A DNA stretch of 64,000 nucleotides from Candidatus Poribacteria bacterium (lineage in GTDB: Bacteria; Poribacteria; WGA-4E; WGA-3G): NCBI GenBank assembly GCA_022820835.1, contig JAJEET010000157.1:4315-68314 (forward strand), given 5' to 3'. Each line of letters starts with the position of its first letter. The stretch's first letter is position 1. Below the pieces are notes generated by a model, which saw only the letters and a program-made list of their open reading frames with translations, made no database searches and was not told the origin of the DNA. Positions 44,423 through 54,982 of this stretch are shown here, piece by piece. The translations under genes were made by a program, and so were the position numbers.

Positions 44423-45568
44423 ATGAAAATTACAGATGTAAAAACCCTTGTCATGGGGACGAGTTGGCGGAACTTAACGTTTGTCAAAGTTGAAACCGAC
44501 GAAGGATTGACCGGCATTAGCGAGGTGCGGATGAACAACCGTACGGATGCGCTTGTTGCCTATATTGACGGTGCGAAGAAGCGGCATGTTATTGGTAGCG
44601 ATCCGTTCAATACAGAAGACCTTTACCAACGACTCTTTCGGGATGACTATGGTCGTGCTGGTGAAATTGTCGCAACCGGCATTAGCATTATTGAGATCGC
44701 GTGTTGGGATATTATCGGCAAAGCATTGAACCAACCCGTCTACCGATTGCTCGGTGGTGCCTGTCGCGATAAGATTAAGGCGTATGCGAACGGTTGGTAT
44801 CGCGTTGAACGCGCACCGGAAGAGTTCCACGCTGCAGCGAAAAGGGTGCTTGAAAAAGGGTATCGGGCACTGAAGTTTGATCCGTTCGGTGCAGGCTATT
44901 ACGAACTTTCTTATGAGGAGAAGTTGAAGTCTGTCGGACTTGTTGAAGCGGTGCGTGATGCTGTTGGTCCCGATGTTGAGATCCTCGTTGAGATGCACGG
45001 TCGGTTTAGTCCGTATACGGCGATTGAAATTGCCGCCGAATTGGAAAAGTTCCAACCGAGTTGGGTTGAGGAGCCTGTGCCGCCGGACAACATCGCCGCG
45101 CTTGCCAAAGCGGCTGACAAGATTAACCTTCCTGTCGCCACGGGTGAACGACTCCACAATAAGTATGAGTATCGTGAGTTAATTAACCTACAAGCAGCGG
45201 ATATCTTACAGCCAGACATTACGCAGACGGGTGGCTTCTTGGAAACCAAGAAAATCGCAGCGATGGGGGATATGTGCTATATGACCGTTGCACCGCATAA
45301 CGTTGGGGGCCCTGTTTCCACAGCAACCGCCTTGCATTTCGCGGCTTGCACGACGAACTTTAAGATTCAAGAACATTTTAACGATTTCTCTGAAGCATGG
45401 GTTAAAGAGGCCGCGACGGGATGCCCGGAAGTGATTAACGGTTACTTCAGTTTGCCTGATGGACCTGGACTCGGTATGGAACTCAATGAGGATCTCATTG
45501 CTGAACACCCGTATCGGGAAGGTTCGTTCAATCTTTGGGAAGACGACTGGCACAAGCGCGAGTATTAG
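44423..45568 (+). CDS. Enolase-superfamily enzyme (mandelate racemase / galactonate dehydratase-like)
   Basis: N-terminus MKITDVKT...FVKVETDEGLTGISE. Metal-ligand region EMHGRF...VEEP...GERL. Typical length of 381 aa. Confidence 0.85.
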   Translation: MKITDVKTLVMGTSWRNLTFVKVETDEGLTGISEVRMNNRTDALVAYIDGAKKRHVIGSDPFNTEDLYQRLFRDDYGRAGEIVATGISIIEIACWDIIGKALNQPVYRLLGGACRDKIKAYANGWYRVERAPEEFHAAAKRVLEKGYRALKFDPFGAGYYELSYEEKLKSVGLVEAVRDAVGPDVEILVEMHGRFSPYTAIEIAAELEKFQPSWVEEPVPPDNIAALAKAADKINLPVATGERLHNKYEYRELINLQAADILQPDITQTGGFLETKKIAAMGDMCYMTVAPHNVGGPVSTATALHFAACTTNFKIQEHFNDFSEAWVKEAATGCPEVINGYFSLPDGPGLGMELNEDLIAEHPYREGSFNLWEDDWHKREY

Positions 45569-45719
45569 TCAGAACTGTGATTGAGAGATTTGTGTGGAAA
45601 ACTTGAATTTCGGAAGCATTGTATGGTACCCTTTCAAACAGAAACATTGAAAACAAAAAACATGACCACGCAATACTTTTGAAATATTCCCTGATTCAGC
45701 AGTTCTGAGGAGAAAGAAC

Positions 45720-46133
45720 ATGAGACATACAACAGAAATTGAACTCGCAAACCTGGAAGACGTGGCTTTGGCAAACAGAGGTATCATCGCCCGCGAAGAG
45801 GTTCGCCGTATCACTATTGAAGATGCCCTCGTGGATACAGGGGCGACACGACTCTGTTTACCGAAACCTATCATCGAACAACTCGGTTTGACCCCGTTCG
45901 GCAATGCAAAGGCGCGAACCGCGGCTGGTATCGTAGACCGGATTATTTATTCGGAAGTCCGGTTTACGATATTAGCACGGGAAGGATCTCTTCCAGTAAC
46001 CGACCTGCCAGCGGATGCCCCCGTCCTTGTTGGACACATGGTCTTAGAACAATTGGACCTCTGCTTAGACATCAGAAAAGGTCTCATCTATAATCCAGAT
46101 CATGGTGACGACTGGATTGAAGATGCATGGTAA
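45720..46133 (+). CDS. Retropepsin-like (clan AA) aspartic protease
   Basis: SD GAGGAG and active-site-like ALVDTGATRLCLP. Small size of 137 aa. Confidence 0.65.
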   Translation: MRHTTEIELANLEDVALANRGIIAREEVRRITIEDALVDTGATRLCLPKPIIEQLGLTPFGNAKARTAAGIVDRIIYSEVRFTILAREGSLPVTDLPADAPVLVGHMVLEQLDLCLDIRKGLIYNPDHGDDWIEDAW

Positions 46134-46153
46134 AAAGCGACCTGCCTTTTTAA

Positions 46154-47422
<1,269 letters not shown>

Positions 47423-47481
47423 ATAACACGTAGAAGGCGTAGGGTGTTGCTTCTGAACGGATTACTACGTACTGCTTGTGT

Positions 47482-47506
47482 CAGGCGGGGTTCCAAACCC
47501 CGCCTG
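47482..47506. terminator. GC-rich hairpin between convergent genes (possible bidirectional terminator)
   Basis: CAGGCGGGG-TTCCAAA-CCCCGCCTG forms a 9-bp perfect stem. There is no clear T-run on either side. Confidence 0.45.
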
Positions 47507-47552
47507 CCGATGTGTTCGCGTAAGTCCGATGCCGATGTGTTCGCGTAAGTCC
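47506..47552. repeat. 22-bp direct repeat, 2 copies, period 25
   Basis: GCCGATGTGTTCGCGTAAGTCC at 47506-47527 and again at 47531-47552. Confidence 0.9.
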
Positions 47553-47566
47553 TACTAAAAATGGTA

Positions 47567-48583
47567 TTACAATCGCTCCTGTAAGAACTTGATGCCGGTT
47601 TCCAGATTGATTTCATGCTCACCTTGAAAATGATCCAGTACTAATCTATCCCTTCGTCCTGATGCATCGTAGATTTTTTCTACCTGTCTGAATGCCTGTA
47701 ACGCATCTGCCTCAATAAAACACATATCGTCCGAGCCGATTTGCGCCATACACGACCGTGGTGCGATAAGCCCTGCTACCTCGGCGATGTCGCCTGCTTT
47801 CCGAAGTCCGAACATGAACTGTGAACCACAGGTATTCCCACGACCCCGATCATTCAATGCATCCGTTAACGTGCTGAGATAACAGACGATGACCGCTGCC
47901 TTGACGCGTTGATCCAAAGCGGAGATGTAGGTTGTCATGGTGCCACCGAAGGAACACCCCATACACCCCAACCGATGACTGTCAACTTCGGGACGCGATT
48001 GGAGGTAATCTAAGCATCGCTGTCCATCGGAGATGTTGAGCCGTAGGAGTTGGTATCCGAAGTATCCGAAGGCGAGATAGGCGACGTTGCATCCGTCACG
48101 ACTCGGTCGTCGGACCCATTCATCACGGTCCTTTCGCTCACCGAAACACCGCCAATCCGGTGCGAGTGTTACAAACCCACGCTTTGTCAACTCAACTGCG
48201 TACTGTTTTTGATAGTCGTCTACAATTCCAACTGCGCCATCTTTACCGATCCCGTGTCCGTGTGCACAGAGTACGGCGGGGGCGGGATTCTCTGCGTTTG
48301 CGCCGTCTGGCGTTAAGATGTATGCTGAGATTGAAGAAAACGGGTCGGGGTTAAAGATAATTTTTTCTCGCGTGTAGCCGTCAAGTTGTGTGTGTTCCAA
48401 GACTTCCACCTCCAACGGCAACGGTTTTGGTGCTGGTCCGAGGTCTTTAAGGAGATTTTGCCGGAATCTCGTCTGCCATTCTTCCCAGTCGCGCTTGTTT
48501 GTGCCGTCAAAATGGAGGGGTGGTGTTGCTCTTAGAAGTTGTTCAACGCCTTGCTCTGCTGTCAAAAAACGTTGTACTGCCAT
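47567..48583 (-). CDS. Alpha/beta hydrolase (dienelactone hydrolase / acetyl esterase-like)
   Basis: SD AAGGAGA and nucleophile elbow GCSFGG. The HGHG region lies upstream. Confidence 0.7.
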   Translation of the reverse strand: MAVQRFLTAEQGVEQLLRATPPLHFDGTNKRDWEEWQTRFRQNLLKDLGPAPKPLPLEVEVLEHTQLDGYTREKIIFNPDPFSSISAYILTPDGANAENPAPAVLCAHGHGIGKDGAVGIVDDYQKQYAVELTKRGFVTLAPDWRCFGERKDRDEWVRRPSRDGCNVAYLAFGYFGYQLLRLNISDGQRCLDYLQSRPEVDSHRLGCMGCSFGGTMTTYISALDQRVKAAVIVCYLSTLTDALNDRGRGNTCGSQFMFGLRKAGDIAEVAGLIAPRSCMAQIGSDDMCFIEADALQAFRQVEKIYDASGRRDRLVLDHFQGEHEINLETGIKFLQERL

Positions 48584-48851
48584 AACTGCGTCTCCTTTGG
48601 TTAGTTATACTATATCGCCTAAGATTTCCACTTCCTTATCTATACCGGAAAAGAAATTAAAAGTCAAGTGTTATTGCTTTTTAAGGGGTAGTCAGCAATA
48701 TAGCCCGTAGGTTGGGTTGAATGGAACTGGAAAGGCAGAGAAGCGTTTGTTGGCAACAAAACGCTTTACTTTCGCTGTGTTTTTCGGTATAATAGGTAAA
48801 AATAGGAAGAGAGAAGCGGAGGGTGCCTCCAACTTAATGGAGAAAAATTTT

Positions 48852-50255
48852 ATGGAACTTTACGAAGCCGTCAGTCCACTGGATTTCAGATACTATGGCG
48901 GCGATCCAGATTTTATGAAACGGTTGCTGCCTTATGTCTCTGAAGCGGGATACGTTACGTCCCAGGCGAAGGTAGAGGCGGCGTTGGTACGGACTTTGGC
49001 AAACTACGGTATCTGCTCATCAGCGATCGCCGATGAAGTGGAAGCGGCAGTGGATTTGGTAACAGCGGAAGAAGTATACGAGGAGCAGTCGCGGATTCGA
49101 CACAACATCCGCTCACTTGTTAATGTCATCCGTCGAAAGATTAGTCCAGAAGCGCGTCCGTATGTGCATCTGTTCGCCACTTCAGCGGACATTTTGGATA
49201 CTGCGACCGCGTTGCGGTTCAAGGCGTTGACTGAAAATGTTATTATTCCTGATCTAATTGCGCTGGTGCAGCAACTTATCACGTTGGCACGTGAAAATGC
49301 TGAGACAGTACAAATCGGTAGGACACACGGACAACACGCCGAACCGACAACATTTGGTTATTCCTTAGCACTTTATATCAGCCGTCTCGGCACTCGGATT
49401 GAGAAGATTCATGAGGCGGGTCAAAATCTGCGAGGTCAATTTTCAGGTGCGGTTGGTGCGTTTAATGGACTGACACTGATTCATGAACATCCCGAACAGA
49501 TTGAAGCAGATTTTCTTGCACTGCTGGGTTTACGACCATCCGATACGCATACCTCAACACAGTGTGTTGAACCGGAATTTATCTCGGATTTGGCATATCA
49601 GGTTACGGCAGCGTATACTGTGCTTGCGAACTTTGCCGATGATATGCGGCACCTCTACCGTACCGAAATCGCCGAAGTGGGTCGGAAATACAACCCGCAG
49701 CTGGTGGGTTCATCAACGATGCCGCACAAAGTGAACCCGGAGGCATACGAGAACATCAAAAGTCTGTGGAAGGCGTTTGTGCCACGTATGCAGACCGTCT
49801 TTATGGATAGTATTTTAGAGCATCAACGCGACCTGACGAATTCGGCATCCAGTCGCTTTTTGACGGAATTATTCACGGCGTTTGATTATGCGATTTATCG
49901 ACTTCGACGCGCGTTGGACGAGATGGATGTCAAGGCAGACAACATGCGACGCAATCTTGGACTCAGCGCGGAGGATACGATTGCGGAACCGATCTACCTG
50001 TTAATGGCATACTACGGATTTCCGGATGCGTACGATCACACCCGAAAATTAATAGGGCAAGTACATCAGACGGGAAAGAGTTTAACGACGCTATTGTGGG
50101 AAGATAAGACGTTCCAACCTTTCTTGGAAAAGTTGACGGAACCGCAGCGTGCTGCACTACGAGATCCAACAAATTATATCGGTGCTTCGGTTCGACGGAC
50201 GCACGCGACATGCGACGAATGGGAGAAACGGATTTTTAATTTACCTTGTGGTTAA
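48852..50255 (+). CDS. purB: Adenylosuccinate lyase-like fumarate-lyase family enzyme
   Basis: N-terminus VSPLDFRYYG and family signature GSSTMPHKVNP. ATG 48852 has GGAGA 9 nt upstream. ATG 48837 is an alternative. The ORF-track start at 48717 lies inside repeat-like leader sequence. Confidence 0.8.
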   Translation: MELYEAVSPLDFRYYGGDPDFMKRLLPYVSEAGYVTSQAKVEAALVRTLANYGICSSAIADEVEAAVDLVTAEEVYEEQSRIRHNIRSLVNVIRRKISPEARPYVHLFATSADILDTATALRFKALTENVIIPDLIALVQQLITLARENAETVQIGRTHGQHAEPTTFGYSLALYISRLGTRIEKIHEAGQNLRGQFSGAVGAFNGLTLIHEHPEQIEADFLALLGLRPSDTHTSTQCVEPEFISDLAYQVTAAYTVLANFADDMRHLYRTEIAEVGRKYNPQLVGSSTMPHKVNPEAYENIKSLWKAFVPRMQTVFMDSILEHQRDLTNSASSRFLTELFTAFDYAIYRLRRALDEMDVKADNMRRNLGLSAEDTIAEPIYLLMAYYGFPDAYDHTRKLIGQVHQTGKSLTTLLWEDKTFQPFLEKLTEPQRAALRDPTNYIGASVRRTHATCDEWEKRIFNLPCG

Positions 50256-50452
50256 ACTTCGTGCGTTTAGATGTTTGTGTGCGTTCCATAAATCCGCACT
50301 CCACTTCGTTACGTGCTACAGTTGCTGAAACTTTTTAGAGTGGACTTTTAATTTACCTTGCGGTTAAACTTCGTGCGTTTAGATGTTTGTGCGTTCCATA
50401 AATCCGCACTCCACTTCGTTACGTGCTACAGTTGCTGAAACTTTTTAGAGTG
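50230..50452. repeat. Tandem duplication of about 112 bp that includes the last 26 nt of purB
   Basis: Copy 1 is 50230-50341 and copy 2 is 50342-50451. They differ by 2 substitutions and one 2-nt indel. Confidence 0.95.
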
Positions 50453-50462
50453 AGGTAAAAAA

Positions 50463-51941
50463 ATGTTTGATATCACCTATTTAGGACGGCGATGTTTCCG
50501 TTTCATTCAACGCTATCCACGTACATCTACCATCGTTAGTTTATCACTGGTTTTCTGTATCGGTATTTGGATTGGTATTTGGGTGGGTCGGACAAGTCCA
50601 TCTTGGCTTGGAAATACAATAACTGATACTATCCGGTCTCACATCAAGCCGGAACAGAGCGATGTAACAAAATCGGTTGCTCACGGAATTGTGCATCGAC
50701 AGATATTAGACAATGGTGTGCTGACGAACATCCTTGCGGTATCACCGGATGCTGCGGATATCCGCCCGTACCGTGCGCTGAGTGCGGGTATCGGAACAGA
50801 ATCGTTGGTATCGCTTGCGCGTCGGCACAAGGCATTCGCTGCGATCAATGGCGGTTTTTTTGAAATGTCAGGCACGTTTCGTGGAGAGTCTGTCGGTGCG
50901 CTGAAAATTGATGGCGAATGGATGAGTGAACCGGAACAGGGTAGAGCCGTCATCGGATTTAGAACAGTTGACGGAAAAATTGAGTCGTACATTGATAGAA
51001 TTGCCTTACTGCTGAAACTCGTCTTGCCGAACGGGGAGACGTTACCAATTGACGGTATGAATCGGAGTCGTGGTAGGAACGAAATAATTGTTTACCGCCC
51101 ACATTTCCATGCAGTAACGTTGACAACACCCGATGGTGTAGAGGTTGCTGTAAGAGACGGAATAGTAACCAGTATCTACAATAAACAAGGAAACTCACGC
51201 ATCCCAGCAGACGGTTATATCCTATCCGCAAGTGGTAGGAAACGTGCGGATCTATTGGAGCGCATCAAGCAAGGCGATGTTGTCGAGATTCGTGAGAGGG
51301 TAATCCCTGAACGTGTCGGTGATAGTAATTTATGGGCAAGTTTCGAGCACATTATCGGTGGCGGTCCGTTGCTTTTACGAGATGGTGTTGCCTCTCTGAC
51401 GCAAGCGTACGAGCGTGAGGGTTTTGATCAAGCGTTTCACAGTTTTTGGCATCCGCGCACAGCAATTGGTAAAAAAGCAGATGGTACGCTCTTCTTTGTA
51501 ACAATAACGGCAGCAGAGGCAGGAGTGCGACGCGGTGTTATATTACCCCGACTCTCGGAACTGTTTCTGGAATGGGGTGCAACGGATGCGCTTAATCTCG
51601 ATGGTGGTAATTCATCAATGTTGGTTATTCAAAATGAAGTTGTGAGTGTCAATAAGGTGGATGCTGCTGCGAAGCCTGGCGCGAAGGATCAATCACAACG
51701 GGTTTCGCGTGGCAGACCGAGTCCAGGATCCGTGGATCGGCCACGACAGGCTTCGCGGGGTAGACCGAGTCCAGGATCTATGAATAGACCACAACAAGCT
51801 TCGCGGGGTAAACCGACTCCAGAAGGGGTGCGAGCGGCGCGGAACATGAAGCCTGCTGTCGGGAATCGTCGAATTCGTCCGATGCCGCAGCAACAGGGAC
51901 GCGCAATTGCAGATGCTATCTTGATTTTTTCCAAATCTTAG
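50463..51941 (+). CDS. Phosphodiester glycosidase family (DUF2233/NAGPA-like) protein with repetitive basic C-terminal tail
   Basis: TM/signal anchor, then motifs AAINGGFF and ALNLDGGNSS. The tail has a 16-aa tandem repeat SRGRPSPGS(V/M)(D/N)RP(R/Q)QA. Confidence 0.75.
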   Translation: MFDITYLGRRCFRFIQRYPRTSTIVSLSLVFCIGIWIGIWVGRTSPSWLGNTITDTIRSHIKPEQSDVTKSVAHGIVHRQILDNGVLTNILAVSPDAADIRPYRALSAGIGTESLVSLARRHKAFAAINGGFFEMSGTFRGESVGALKIDGEWMSEPEQGRAVIGFRTVDGKIESYIDRIALLLKLVLPNGETLPIDGMNRSRGRNEIIVYRPHFHAVTLTTPDGVEVAVRDGIVTSIYNKQGNSRIPADGYILSASGRKRADLLERIKQGDVVEIRERVIPERVGDSNLWASFEHIIGGGPLLLRDGVASLTQAYEREGFDQAFHSFWHPRTAIGKKADGTLFFVTITAAEAGVRRGVILPRLSELFLEWGATDALNLDGGNSSMLVIQNEVVSVNKVDAAAKPGAKDQSQRVSRGRPSPGSVDRPRQASRGRPSPGSMNRPQQASRGKPTPEGVRAARNMKPAVGNRRIRPMPQQQGRAIADAILIFSKS

Positions 51942-51948
51942 TGTATAA
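51920..51948 (+). promoter_or_regulatory. Sigma-70-type promoter with extended -10 for the DUF4159 cluster
   Basis: TTGATT (51920-51925), a 17-nt spacer ending TG, then TATAAT (51943-51948). It overlaps the stop of the upstream gene. Confidence 0.7.
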
Positions 51949-52059
51949 TGTAAGAGAAGATCAGAAATTGACTAAAAATTTGAGGCAAAACTGAGACCAT
52001 GCCTCCAGCATGATGTACACACTCGAAAAAAAAGAGGTCGGAATAGGAGGAAAAAAACT

Positions 52060-52971
52060 GTGTTAAAGAATAGTGAAATCCTGGAATCTATTGGAGCGAA
52101 CCGAACACCTGATGTAGCATCAAAATCAAATCTCCTATCGAGGCGATCCTTTTTCAAAGGTTCTGTTGGACTTGCTGCCTCCGCTATTGCCGCGGGTGGT
52201 CTAATCCTGCCCGCCCAGGGACAATTTGGCGGCGGGTTCCGAGAATATATCCCGTACGATGCGACTCGCGATATTCATTACGGTACACGATACGGGGTGA
52301 TTGAGCACCACTACCCTGAGATGAATCCGACTGGCGAGAAGTTCACTTTTGTGCGACTCAAGTACCCGGGTGGCGATTGGTACACAAATATTGTTAACTA
52401 TTATCGCTGGCAATCGGATCTGAAATTCACAGAGATTCTGGCGGCGAATACGACAATTGACGTTGAGGTGCGTGAACACCCGCAATATGTCGATATAGAT
52501 GATGAAGGGCTCTTTGCGTATCCGTTCCTCTTTATGACGGGCCACCGCGGGATACGGCTTTCCAACGCACAGGTGCGTAAACTGCGAGATTATTTTGAGC
52601 GTGGTGGTTTCCTTCACGTTGAAGATTGTGATGCGCGCTTGAATGGTGGCCGCGGTGGTTTGCGCCCGCACGTGCATGAGATGCTACGCAAAGTTTTCCC
52701 GGAAAAGAAGTTGGAACGTTTAGATATAAGTCATCCGATTTATCACACGCTTTATGACCATGATGAGTACCTCGGCGGCGATAAATTTATTCCGGGTATC
52801 TGCGATCACGATGAAGCGATTATGAACGGCGATCGCGTGATGGTTTATTTTTGTCCGAGCGATCTGAATTGTGCGTGGGAAGGTAGGGATTGCAGTCCGA
52901 GGCGCGAGGAGCAGAGAGTCTGGGCATTTGAACAAGGGATGAACGTTGTCGCTTATGCGCTGTCACGATAA
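52060..52971 (+). CDS. DUF4159-like protein with Tat signal
   Basis: GTG start with AGGAGG 9 nt upstream. Twin-arginine signal SRRSFFKGSVGLAASAIAAG. DUF4159-type motif FTFVRLKYPGGDWYT. Confidence 0.75.
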   Translation: MLKNSEILESIGANRTPDVASKSNLLSRRSFFKGSVGLAASAIAAGGLILPAQGQFGGGFREYIPYDATRDIHYGTRYGVIEHHYPEMNPTGEKFTFVRLKYPGGDWYTNIVNYYRWQSDLKFTEILAANTTIDVEVREHPQYVDIDDEGLFAYPFLFMTGHRGIRLSNAQVRKLRDYFERGGFLHVEDCDARLNGGRGGLRPHVHEMLRKVFPEKKLERLDISHPIYHTLYDHDEYLGGDKFIPGICDHDEAIMNGDRVMVYFCPSDLNCAWEGRDCSPRREEQRVWAFEQGMNVVAYALSR

Positions 52972-52995
52972 CGACTAAAAAACGAGGGAAAAATT

Positions 52996-54879
52996 ATGAA
53001 AAAACATTTTAGACTGTCTTGTAAGTTACACCCAAAACGGACGTTGTTCTGTCTCGTGCCGTTGCTCATTTTTCTTGCTTTGCATGCAAATGGGCAAGAA
53101 CTCTTCTCAGATGCTGTGGGCCCCGTTACAGTTCAAGAAGTGACCGCGACAACACCATGGACAGTGCCCTATATCACATGGGGTGGCGAAGCGGCACTTT
53201 TCCACGCGAACGGTGGGGTGACGACTCGTCCGGGTACCATCATGGCAGAACTCGGTATGAATCTGAAGTTAGTGCCGGGTGATAATTTCGAGCAACAGGT
53301 CCGCGACTATCTTTCGGGCAAAACGCCATTCCTACGGGGTACGTTCAGAATGATTGCCCAGGCAAGCGAAGTTATAGGCAAGGATGTCCGTACAAAACCG
53401 GTTATCTTTGGACAATTGACTTGGTCAGCAGGTGACCATTTCGTTGGTCGTTCTAACATCCGTAAAATCTCTGATCTCCGTGGTAAAAAGATCGCCATAC
53501 AAAAGGGTGGTCCACACGTAGGCATGCTCTATGATATGTTAAAGACTGCGCGTCTCTCAAAGTCACAGGTAGAAATTGTCTGGGTGGATGAGTTAACCGG
53601 CGCGAAAGGACCTGCCGAACGTTTCCGAAACGACGCGACGATCGCTGGATGCTTTGTCATAACGCCGGATATGATTGGATTGACAGGCGGTCCTGAAAAC
53701 ACGGGTACAGGTGCTGAAGGGACAGTCAAAGATGCCCGGGTCGTTGTTAGTACTGCGACGCTTTCTCGTTCTATTGCTGATGTCTATGCTTGTCGCAAAG
53801 ATTTCTATGATGATTATAAACCGTTTGTAGAACGCTTTTTCGCCGGTTATTTAAAAGGTGCCGAAGAGGTCGTGACTCTGAAGAAAGCCTACGAAAAGGG
53901 TGGATCGCAAAAATACACGCAGCTCCTGACGACGATGCAGAACATCTACGGCAAAGAGGTGCTGCCCACGCTTGAAGAGGATGCGCACGGCTTAATTGCA
54001 GATTGTACGTTCGTTGGGCAACCCGGCAATATATCCTTCTTCAACGATCCGAGCAACACGATTACTGGGTTTGAAGGCTTCAACAAAGCCGGATTGGATA
54101 TGGCAACAAATTGGGGTTTTGCGAAACAGAGATATGCCATGATTCCGTCCGATTTAGATTTTAATTCATCAATCTTTAAGAATCTTCTAACGACGACCGT
54201 AACGGCTCCGACACAGTTGAAACAGACGCGTTTCAAAAAAGAGACCGTTCGTGCAGAGATTGAATCGTTCAATGAAGATGCTGTGTTAGACGAAAAGACG
54301 CTGATCTCGTTCACAATTCAATTTGATGCGAACCAAGACTCTTTTAGTGATGCCCAGTACCGCGAAGAATTTGATAGGGTTGTTGAATTGGCTTCAAAAT
54401 TCGGGAATGCTGCGATTGCGATAAAAGGACACAGTGACCCCTCTCGAACCCTGAGTGTATTAGTTAAAACCGGACTCAGTACAGGTATTCTGAGACGGAC
54501 AGGTACGCGCGGAAACTACAAATATTTTATGGACGGCAAAACGTTTAGTTTAGAAGACACTGCCAACTTAATCCGTCTCATCCAACAGAAGAAGTTTGAT
54601 GATGGCACTAATATCGAGAGTCCGTATCAGGTAATGCGAGCTGCTTTGAAGCTTTCTGAGCAGCGGGGTCAAGCGGTTAAAGATGCGATTATCGCTTATG
54701 CGCGTCGTAAAAACGCCCGCATTGATCCAGAACAGATTGTGCCGGTAGGTGTTGGGATTAAAGAGCCTGTAATAGCAAAGCCGACGAGTCCGGAGGAAGC
54801 GGCAGAAAATCGGCGTGTTGAATTCGCACTGATTAAAGTTTCAGCGGAAGCGGTCGCAGTGTCGGACTTCGATTTTTAG
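52996..54879 (+). CDS. Secreted periplasmic-binding-protein-like domain fused to an OmpA-like peptidoglycan-binding domain
   Basis: Signal peptide. PBP type-2-like region (GKKIAIQKGGPHVGMLYDMLK). C-terminal OmpA_C pattern IKGHSDPS...LSEQRGQAVKDAI...NRRVEFALI. Confidence 0.7.
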   Translation: MKKHFRLSCKLHPKRTLFCLVPLLIFLALHANGQELFSDAVGPVTVQEVTATTPWTVPYITWGGEAALFHANGGVTTRPGTIMAELGMNLKLVPGDNFEQQVRDYLSGKTPFLRGTFRMIAQASEVIGKDVRTKPVIFGQLTWSAGDHFVGRSNIRKISDLRGKKIAIQKGGPHVGMLYDMLKTARLSKSQVEIVWVDELTGAKGPAERFRNDATIAGCFVITPDMIGLTGGPENTGTGAEGTVKDARVVVSTATLSRSIADVYACRKDFYDDYKPFVERFFAGYLKGAEEVVTLKKAYEKGGSQKYTQLLTTMQNIYGKEVLPTLEEDAHGLIADCTFVGQPGNISFFNDPSNTITGFEGFNKAGLDMATNWGFAKQRYAMIPSDLDFNSSIFKNLLTTTVTAPTQLKQTRFKKETVRAEIESFNEDAVLDEKTLISFTIQFDANQDSFSDAQYREEFDRVVELASKFGNAAIAIKGHSDPSRTLSVLVKTGLSTGILRRTGTRGNYKYFMDGKTFSLEDTANLIRLIQQKKFDDGTNIESPYQVMRAALKLSEQRGQAVKDAIIAYARRKNARIDPEQIVPVGVGIKEPVIAKPTSPEEAAENRRVEFALIKVSAEAVAVSDFDF

Positions 54880-54881
54880 CA

Positions 54882-54960
54882 GGAATAGCAGTCAGCCATC
54901 AGCCATCGGAAACTGTCAGTAAAAGAAGTTCGTTTTGATGGATCCAATAGCTGATGGTTC
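54882..54960. repeat. Composite inverted heptad-repeat element, copy E6 (short)
   Basis: GGAATAG CAGTCAG CCATCAG CCATCGG AAACTGTCAGTAAAAG ... AGCTGATGGTTC. Confidence 0.7.
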
Positions 54961-54982
54961 CATGACATAGATAGGGTACCTT

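Noticed and set aside
44474-45157. 227-aa antisense ORF opposite the enolase-superfamily gene.
   Set aside because: The sense ORF has clear family motifs. The antisense product has none and lacks an SD.
45569-45904. 111-aa minus-strand ORF overlapping the start of the retropepsin-like gene.
   Set aside because: It has low-complexity Ser/Arg-rich composition and no SD. The + strand gene has an SD and an active-site motif.
47482-47510. tRNA-like T-arm (CGGGG-TTCCAAA-CCCCG).
   Set aside because: No complementary acceptor stem, D-arm or anticodon arm can be drawn upstream. Loop position 4 is C rather than a purine.
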